Made by a program: the position numbers and the translations under genes
Part shown: positions 54,771-64,000 of the stretch, in pieces
Position numbering within the stretch: position 1 is the stretch's first letter
Layout of the letters: every line of letters starts with the position of its first letter
The notes under the pieces: model-generated
What the model saw: only the letters and a program-made list of their open reading frames with translations
The model's database searches: none
What the model was told of the DNA's origin: nothing
From: the human T2T-CHM13v2.0 reference genome, Homo sapiens
DNA length: 64,000 nt
NCBI RefSeq assembly: GCF_009914755.1
Contig: NC_060926.1
Reading direction: 5' to 3' (one strand)

Positions 54771-55369
54771 TCATCCTTAAGTTCACTTCAAATTGTCCTT
54801 CAAATTGGCTGCACAAGCAAAAGCTTAGGAGAGTTGTATTATAAAATTCAGCTCTCTAGTAAAGCCTAGTATTGGGCAAGAAAAGTAATTATCACCTAGA
54901 CTTCCTGGTATCATCTCTTTTTATTCATTTTTAAGATAACATGAAAAAACCATTAAATTGGGATTTTGTTTTAGACTATCCAAAGATTGGTTATGGGCAT
55001 AGATACTTTTTGAGTGAATGGAACACAAGTACGAGCTTCTCCTTCATTGGATAAGAGTAACAGAAGGCTGCCAGACTGAGTGTGTACATAGGAATATGGT
55101 AATATGTGAGGGAAAGAGTAACAATCAAATTAGTAAACGGCAGAAAAAATGTTGGGTGGTTTCTATTAACAGTAGGGATTTGCTGCATATATTAACATCA
55201 GATTTAAAGGTAATCCTAGTACAAGACCAAAAGATGCTTTGACTAATTTAGTAGAGGCCTGTAACTGCTTGGATACATGAAGCTAAGCCTTGGATATTGG
55301 ATCAAAGAATAGCTAAAAAAGACCATGAGTTTTTGACATATGCCATGCCATAGAGGTAATACTTTTAAG

Positions 55370-55645
55370 AGCATCACTGTCCATTAAAAATATGTGAGAC
55401 ACATTGGTCATTTTAAGTTTTTAAAATATTAACATTTTTTAAAAGTAAAAAGAAATAGGTGAAGTTATTTTAAAAACATTTTATTTAACCCAATGTATCT
55501 AAAATATTGTCAGTTCGACATTTAACCAATGCTGAAAATTATTAATGAGATACGTTACATTTATTTTTACATATTAAGTCTTCAAACTCCAGTGCTATAA
55601 CCTCACACTTAGAGCACGTCTCAATTTGGACTAGCACAGTTCAAG
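55370..55645. mobile_element. MER33-like DNA transposon
   Basis: aaaaagtaaaaagaaataggtgaagtta...ttttatttaacccaat...ctcaatttggactagc. Confidence 0.6.
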
Positions 55646-56927
55646 CTCTTAGCCTTGTGACATACCTTATCCTTTCATGGACATGCAAGAGAATTATGAT
55701 AATCTAGGAAGAATCCATCTGGACACTTAACGGGTTTTGCTCAAATTAACTAACCAAAAATACATCCAGCTTTGTCTTTGTACTTCAGATATTGTGGGTG
55801 GCACGTCATTCTCTCACAGTATTATCACTTTCCTATTTGATGCTACTGAAGCCACAATGGGAAGATATGTCTCTGTGGGCTTTCTGTTAGGATCACAGAA
55901 AGTGAAATCTTTTCTGTTTTCTCTTATGTAGCAATTTGTGGGCTAGCACCTAAGGAATTTCTGACTCTAAAGACTAAATCTTATGTGGTCTAAAATTTAC
56001 ATTAAAATGTCAGCATAGTGTGCAATAAATATGTGGGTTAGTTTTAATTTCTACCTTTGGGGCTGTCAGGTGCCACAATGAGGAATACCTACTTTTTCAG
56101 GGGGAGCCAGTTTATATAATATATATTTTCCTAAGTAATCATTTTTGTCAAGACTTTCAAATTTACTGGTTTAAATGAATACGTAGCATTCTCTTATATT
56201 CCAATCGTCATTATATCTGTAGTTATGACTCCAAGTTAATTTTTTTTTCAAACAAGAGAGGCTTTATTTAGATCACCAAAAAGAACATTTTACAGAAAGG
56301 GAACCATAACATTACACAAAAAAGTATAGCTGTAAAATTGCAAACAAGAAAGGCAATGCTTTCTTTAGATCACCAAAAATAATGTTTCACAGAGAAGGAA
56401 CCGTCAGAAGCAAATTATAGCTGCAAATTTTCTTTTGCCATCAATATGGATTCCCTCTAAAATACTTTGAGACTACTTTGCAGTTTTCAAGTACAAACTA
56501 AACCTTGTTGGACAGTTGCTCAGCTTCATCAAGAGAATGAAACCAATTTGCAAAAAAAATTTTGTTTAATGCTAACAAATAACGAAACAATGTGGTTCTT
56601 GCTGACTAACTGCAATGTCTGCTGAAATGGCCTAACCTATGTACACTTCCATGAACATTTCACTGTGAACAGTTGCTTTTTACCTGCCATCACAGATGGC
56701 CTACAAAGTAGCAAGTGTCATGTCAGAACACTTTCAGGCACCTAGGAAATAATTCTAAACAGAGTAACTACAGTACATGGGGAACTCAAACAACAGGGCA
56801 CACCTCTGTCAAAGCCCCCTGGTGGGCACTTTGTTTTGTGCTCTGGATAAAAACCCACCACCTTGTTAATTTTTTACCTGGAACTCAGAACACCATGCTA
56901 GATGGAGCAGTTGTTCTTACAGAACCA

Positions 56928-58153
56928 TCAACACTTATTGACTGCCTGGGGGTTCCTGGTGCTGTAATGCACCTCAGAGGCAGCGACGTAAGCTGACTCT
57001 GGGAAGAAGTCATCGTGGTATTCTGCTAAAAACCTCACAAAGAGATCAAAGTGCTTCAATAAAGCCTTCAGATTCTTCTCAGTAAAGGACATTTTTCCAA
57101 GAATTTCTGGAAGTTTGACAAACAATCGCAGCAAATGTTGCGCCCCGTAAATGTAAGAGGGTGGAGGTGGCTGGTCACCTGGTGGGTAATTGTCAGGTAC
57201 GAGCTTCCAGGAGAGGACCTCATTTATTTCATTAGTTCTTCTCCCTTCAAAGCCAGCAAACACAGGACTCCCTTCCTGGCTAGGAGTCAGAGTAGGTGAA
57301 GATGATCTGCTATGCACAGGTGTCTTCTTTTCCAGGTGCAGGAACAGCTTGGGCACACTGGTGGACATGTCCTGCTGCCAGCGCTTGGGCTGAGGTGAGG
57401 TGCTGCTCTTAGAAAGCCTGTCACAGTTGGCGGTGTGGGGCGAGGACCGCCTCAGAGACTGCACTGCTTGCGGCTCGGCTTTGCGCCTTTTAGGGGTGGC
57501 TGGTTCACCGCTGGTCGACTGACTCTCTGTAGACTGCGGCCTGGATGGATTCAACAAACGTAAGCTGGGAGAGAGCTTCTCCTGGCTCCTATTAGTATTT
57601 GTGGCACTTTCCTTAATTGCAAGAAAAACCTTAGATGCAGTCACCTTTTTATACTGAGCTTGTTCATAGGGATAGAGTAAAACCAACGGGAGAGTGTAAT
57701 CAAAGGTTATTCTTAATCCATCCACCATCTCCTTACAAAGGTCAATATTCTTTTCTGCTGGGATATAAGGCACGTTCATGCTGGCATGTGGCATAGCGTG
57801 ATGGTGACGAGGCCTCTCATTGGCTGAAAAGGCTGCACTGATAGCAAAATGCTTCACATAGGATTCCAAAATCGTTATGATGTTGGTGTGGCATGGAAGT
57901 TGCACTAACCGTTTCCTCCGATTAATGTAGTAACAATCATCCTCCAGCTGCCTCTTCAGAACTTCAGGGATTTCTAGAGTTACTGTTCTTTCTTCCATTT
58001 CCCTTTTTGTTTGAAGCTCCGGTTCTTCTTTCACTTCAGTCTTTTCTTCAATATCACATTCTTCACTTATTTTTTCATCCTTGTCTTCACTACTGTCGGA
58101 GGAACTGCTTAATGAGTTTTCATCATTTTCATTTTTTTCTTCGATGGAGAGGC
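56928..58153 (-). CDS. MSL3P1: MSL3 retrocopy predicted coding exon 2: acidic linker plus MRG domain
   Basis: Open for 1226 nt from the acceptor tgtctttttttaaaag ([19 protein letters not shown]...) to the stop after ...NPQAVNKC; includes ORF 56928-58034. Confidence 0.65.
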
Positions 58154-58258
58154 CTTTTAAAAAAAGACAGAGTCAGCACCAAGCAACCTGGAGCGGCTGC
58201 TTCTTTCTCTCTTGCTCCTCAGGTGAGCTACAGCATTTCTTGCCAATTTATGCTGTAA

Positions 58259-58582
<324 letters not shown>

Positions 58583-58592
58583 TAATCTACGA

Positions 58593-58891
58593 TTTTTTTT
58601 TTTTTTTTTTTTTGGAGACAGAGTCTCACCCTGCCGCCCAGGCTAGAGTGCAATGGCGATCTCGGCTCACTGCAACCTCCGCCTCCCGGGTTGAAACGAT
58701 TCTCCTGCCTCAGCCTCACAAATAGCTGGGATTACAGGCGCCCGCCACCACGCCCAACCACTTTTTGTATTTTTAGTAGAGACAGAGTTTCGCCATGTTG
58801 GCCAGGCTGGTCTCAAACTCCTGACCTCGTGATCCACCCGCCTCCGCCTCCCAAAATGCTGGGAAACAGGCGTGAGGCACCGCACCTGGCC
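58593..58891 (-). mobile_element. Second AluS in tandem at the same target site
   Basis: Full Alu with poly(T), flanked by aatctacgatttt. Confidence 0.92.
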
Positions 58892-59039
58892 AATCTACGA
58901 TTTTCACTAGGCTCACGAAGCACATGATCTTCGGCTACCCATCTATCCCAGCTTCAGTTCCAACCGTTACAACGGATCAGCTATTCTGGGATCTTTCTGC
59001 CTTTTTCGCCTTTCCCAACAATAACATTAACAATCTAGG

Positions 59040-59262
59040 TCGGACGGCGTCCGACGGGAGCGTCCCACGGGAGCCTACGCGGCACCAGGCTGCACGGCAG
59101 GGGAGATTTAACGCGAAGAGAGAAACCCACCGTAGTTAAAAGGCCTCCTCCGTCGGCGGCTTGCGTCCGCGTCCCGGGCGCACACGTAGCGCCGGCTACG
59201 CGACAGGGCGCGCGCGACGCTGCCGACGGCGCATGCGCGGTCCGGCATGCCGGGCGGAAGCC
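59040..59262 (-). promoter_or_regulatory. Small CpG island at the 5' end of the MSL3 retrocopy, with NRF1, GC-box and ETS-like motifs
   Basis: Dense CpG in otherwise AT-rich DNA; GCGCATGCGC at 59229-59238; GGGCGG at 59252-59257; CGGAAG at 59255-59260. Confidence 0.7.
59131..59248 (-). CDS. MSL3P1: MSL3 retrocopy predicted coding exon 1 (MPDRACAVGSVARALSRSRRYVCARDADASRRRRRPFNYG)
   Basis: ATG at 59248-59246 (context ggcATGc); donor TACG|gtgggt; 118 nt; its phase matches exon 2, giving 447 aa. Confidence 0.55.
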
Positions 59263-61260
59263 CCATTTGATTTCTAATGCTATTTATTTATGTATCCCTT
59301 GTCTCTCTTTAATTAATTATGTTGTTGAACTTTATCTGTTTTACTGGTCTTTTAAAGGAACCAGCAATTAATGTTTCTTGATCACGTTTTTGTTTTTATT
59401 TTCTTTAATTTCTTGACTGTATTATTTTGTTCCTTTTAACTTAGGTTAAACTGTTCTAAAATCGTTTCTTGAATTGAAAGCATAATGAATTTACTTCCAT
59501 TTACTTTTGTTTGCTAATAAATGCATTTAAGGCTGTCTATTCTCTGAGTACCAGTTCGTGATTTTCCTTTTGTTTCCTTCTTTGATACAAGCATTATTTA
59601 GAAGTTTTTATTACTATTTCTACTTGCAAGATAAATTTAATATTATTCCCTACTTTAAAAATCCTAAGTATACTACCAAGAGATATTGAATATTAAAATA
59701 ATTAAAATTTATAGTCCTAACATTTTGCTTAATGATAAATACTAGAAGCATTTCATTTGTCAAGAAAAAAATCATTTTATATTTAATTTTAAAATTAAAT
59801 ATGCAATACATACAAAACCTTTTGTGGCATGCATAACATATAAAGAATAACAATAAAATGTCACTCATGTTGGTGTTTGAGTTCTTATGCTCTTGCCAAC
59901 ACTTAGTATTGTGTTTTTGCTAATATTCCCAGTGCAAAATTGAAGTAAAATTTGTATTTTTCTCCTTTATGATAGGCACTTTTGGTGTCTTATTTAAGAA
60001 ATCATTTTATGTTCCGTGGTTATAAAACTTACCTCTCACGTTTAAACTTTTAATCCACTGGAACTGATTTTTGTATTTGCTTTAAGGTAGAAGGCCAATT
60101 CTCTTTTCCTTAATGTGGATAACAAATTGTCTTAGTAACATTTATTGAATAATTTATTCTTTCCTCACTGTTCTATAATGCCACCCCTGAACTGTATCTC
60201 TTCTATGTGTACATTGGCCTGTCTCTAGATTCTATATTGTATTTCACTGGTCCTTTTTTTTCTACCTTTGCACCTAATCACAGTGTTATAATAACTATCT
60301 AGCTGGGTAACTCTTCTCTCCTTGTTCGTTTTCCTTAGCTGTGTTATGGCTATGGTTGACCTTTGATTTTTCCATATACATCTTATTACCAGTTTGTTAG
60401 TTTTACAAAAACTCTTTTGGCATTTTCATTAGAATTACTTTGAATCTATAGATCAATTAGGGGGAATAATTGATATATTTATGCTATTGGATCTTCTAAT
60501 CTGTTAACATGGAATATCCCTCCTGTGATTTAGGTCCTCTTTAATATCTTTCAAAAGATGGAATAAATTATAGTTTTCTTTATAGTTATAATTTTAGCAG
60601 TATATATTTTATGAATTATAATTTTATCAGATACATTTTGTTGGATTTTTAGAAGTCTTTTGTAAATTATATGATTTAAAGTTCCATTTTTCTACTGTTG
60701 ATGTATGAAAATGCAATTGACATTTTAAAATTAGAATTTAATGAAATAATTACAGATTCACATGTAGTTGTAAGAAATAATTCAAGATGCCTCTTTTATA
60801 CTTTAAATAGTTTCTCTGAAGGTAACATTTTGCTTGTGTTGGCTTTATTTTGCTCTTCTTTTTCTAATTTTTTGAGCTAGGAATATAAGTTGTTGATTTA
60901 TAGCATTTAGTGCTATAAATTTCCCTCACATAATTGCTTTAGCTGCATCCCATATACTTCGATTATGTTTTCATTTTCATTCAATTCTATGTATTTTTAA
61001 AAGTTTCCTTTTATACTTCTTCTTTGATCCATGGCTTATTCAGAAGTACGTTGTTCAATTTTTACGTGTTTAGAGATTTTCTTGTTGTCTTCCTGTTATT
61101 GATTTCTAGTTTGATTCTATTATCATCAAAAGACATAATCTATATTATTTCAATACTTTTAAACTTGTTGAGACTTGTTTCATGGCCCAGAATACTGCCT
61201 ATTTTGGTGTACGTTCCATGGGTGCTTGAAAAAATGCATATCCTGCTCTTGTTGGGTGGA
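59263..61260 (-). mobile_element. Old L1M fragments (antisense), apparently continuous with about 56100-56239 across the retrocopy
   Basis: T-rich L1 text (ttttactggtcttttaaaggaaccagc; ttgaatctatagatcaattagggg; ctataaatttccctc...gctttagctgcatcccat). Confidence 0.65.
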
Positions 61261-62649
61261 GTAAAAGACTCCACAAGTCACTGAATGCTGTCAGTGGTAT
61301 CCTTTGACTGAGATATTATTTGGCAAATAAAAATGAAGAGTTTGGATGTCTTGTCCTATATATAGTAGCAAGATGGTTCTCCAAATAAAACAGATGAAGA
61401 TTCAGTTGAATATTTGCTTCTATTGTAAAAAATGTATAATCAATGACAAATTAAACAACTGAAATATTGAGAAATATAGTTATATTTGAAAGTTAAATGA
61501 GATCTTTCTTAATCTTTAAAAAAGTGAGATCAAAGTGAAGGGAATTACTATGGGGTTAATCAAGAAACTTACATAATTTAAAAATAACTCTCAATGTTTC
61601 ATCTTTGTGGCAGACATATAAGGATAGGATTAAGGATGCTGATTTGGAAACATGTTATGCTAATTTAGGTTTTATTAAAAATTATGTGGTGATTACATTC
61701 AAAGATCTGTATAATCATGTGAGATCAGATCAGGTTGGGCAAATTAACCTCAGCATTAACCCACATTTCTAGGAGGAATTAGTTGCGCTACTAAACAATG
61801 ACTTAGAGGTCAAACTTGACTTAATCTAATTACAGAAACTTTTTATTCTAGTTAAGAATTTCATGTCTACTGTGTAGCATAAGTAGCTTATTATAGCATT
61901 TTTGGCTACACAGTCAGGTGGAAAGGGTTCAGAGCAATAATTCAGTTACTGCAAAATATTGCTCATATATAAAAGAACAGATTTGAGACTTGGGAGAGAT
62001 GAAACGCAGGGATCTTACTAAGTTTTATTAATGAAAGTTGTTTTAAGACATTTAATACTATTTCCAATCTACATACTAGAAATAACTAGAACAGTTTTGT
62101 AATATAATGAGAAGTTTTTATCGTGAAAATTAAATGCTGAAATAATGTACTTTTGGATTGCTGGTTCAAATCCACTGTACAGCTTTGAAACAACTGCCCA
62201 GTGACCTACAGTAGAACTTTTCTGTGTCCTCTTGGGTTCTGAGTTCTTTTTCCAGGCTGTTCTCCGTGCCTATCACCTGTTAAAGGATATGGCTCTGAGA
62301 TCTTTCTATTACAAATGCTTTGCATTTGGTAAGATTTCAAGCCTGTGCCATTGTTATTACCCCATACGATGACCTAAATAATTTGCACAAATATAAAGCT
62401 TCCTAATATTTTCAACTTTAACACTCTGTAATTTGCCTTGTCATCTTATTCTTCTTTCAATTAAAATTATTTCCCCTTTTTCGTATCTTCACATAAATAT
62501 GATCTACCATTACTAAACACTAACTTTAACTTCTTGTGTTTATTAGTACTTCAAATTTTTGGTTCTAGTGTTTATTAGTACTTCGTTCATTTTTCTGTAT
62601 CTTTTATACAGAATGGCTTTTAATTTTCTTTCATGATTTTTTATAGCAG

Positions 62650-64000
62650 CTGAGCTTAAATATTTACTTTCATGATCATTTCAATATTGCAAGGGGGTCA
62701 GGAAAGTCTTTCTAAGAATGACATCAAAGGCAAGAAATAGAAAGAAAATATGTTTAAAAAATGTGAATACATAGAAATGAAACATTTCTTTATGACAAAA
62801 TAAGACACATTTAATAAACAACAAAATGGAAAAAATAGTTGCATTCTATATTACAAAGGTTTAATAGGAAGAACGTATAAATAAGAACATGAAAACTCCA
62901 AAAAGAGAAAGGACAAAGTTCATAAATTGGCATTGTTAAAAGAAAAACTTCAGCTGAATTAAATTTAATGGAGTTTAATTGAGCAATGAACGATTCATGA
63001 ATTGGGTAGCTCCCAGAATCACAGCAGATTCAGAGACTCCAGCACAGCCACATGGTGGAAGATTTATAGACAAAAAAAGGGAAGTGAGGTAGAGAAACAA
63101 CTGGGTTGGTTACAGCTCAGCATTTGCTTTCTTTGAACGCAGTCTGAACACTCAGAAGTGTATGAGTGATTGAAGTATGGCTGCTGGGATTGGCCAAGAC
63201 TCAATTATTGTTACAGTCACATACTCCTAAGTTAGGTTTTCAATCTTGTCTACCTATTAAGTTAGGTTGCAGTTTGTCCACAAGGACTCAAATATAGAAG
63301 TATGGAGTCCTTCTCAGGCAAAGTTTAGTTTGGTTTAAAAGCATCAACCAACATGGAATACAATGGCTCATAAATGTGTGAAACTTTCTGCCCCCCGAAC
63401 TAAATTAAAAACCGTGAATCATCATTTGAAACCTATCAAATTAGTAACACAAAGAACAATAACAAATATTAGCGAGGGTGTGAAGAAGTGAATATTTTCT
63501 TATGCTTTGCATTAATTTGTATAAACTTTCCAGAGGTCAATTTAGTGCTATGTGTGAAGATCTTTTAAAACATGTCTGTTCTTTGATTTAACGAAGTCTA
63601 CTTCTTGAAATGTATTCACGGTAATTGTGGATGTTGATGAGGATTTAGCTGGAGGACCTTTAGTGAAACACTGTTGATAATGTCCTATACTACAGGGATG
63701 GCTGAGTAAATGGTGATAGATACTGATTTGTGTTCCACTAACAACGCTTTTGAAGAACTGTATTTATTGGCATCTAAAATGTATTTAAAATTTTTAGTAC
63801 AAAAGGAGATTCCAAACATATGTATTACATACATGCATTTAAAAAATATACATTATTTGTTTTAAAAGTTTGAGTGTGTATATATTAAGAAGTTTCCAGG
63901 GTTATCTCTGGATAATGGTGTGATGGGTTATTTCTAATATTAGTTGTTCTTAGCTGCATTTTCTAGAATGAGCATGCATTATGCAATCACGAGAGTGCAT
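62650..64000 (+). mobile_element. Old L1ME-like 3' region, interrupted by the LTR
   Basis: Degenerate L1 ORF2 C-terminal and 3'UTR text. Confidence 0.5.
62934..63340. mobile_element. MER57-like ERV1 solo LTR inserted in an old L1
   Basis: tgttaaaagaaaaacttcagctgaattaaatttaa...; perfect 4-bp TSD gcat at 62930-62933 and 63341-63344. Confidence 0.75.

Overview
Human (primate) genomic DNA that I recognise as the 2q37.1 locus. It holds three genes. (1) The last 20 coding exons of MROH2A (maestro HEAT-like repeat protein, + strand, 1549-24025). All introns are GT-AG and phase-consistent, giving 860 aa plus stop. (2) The complete HJURP gene (CENP-A chaperone, - strand, 9 coding exons, 2247-nt CDS = 748 aa), with a CpG-island CCAAT/CHR promoter at about 45.3-45.5 kb. 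(3) An MSL3 retrocopy (MSL3P1/MSL3B, - strand, about 56240-59262). The rest is Alu, L1, LTR and MER repeats. The most interesting structure is the MSL3 retrocopy. Its decayed chromo-barrel region (stop codons, a frameshift, two Alus stacked at one site) lies entirely within a 977-nt GT-AG intron that has no counterpart in the processed mRNA template. Splicing it out gives an uninterrupted 447-aa ORF with a new Arg-rich N-terminus and an intact MRG domain. Other observations: a twin-primed 5'-inverted L1 with TSDs, Alu-including versus Alu-excluding poly(A) sites in HJURP, inverted Alus around HJURP exon 6, and a probable old local duplication of about 380 bp. Gene names, reference-protein comparisons and repeat subfamilies come from recall, not from a database search.
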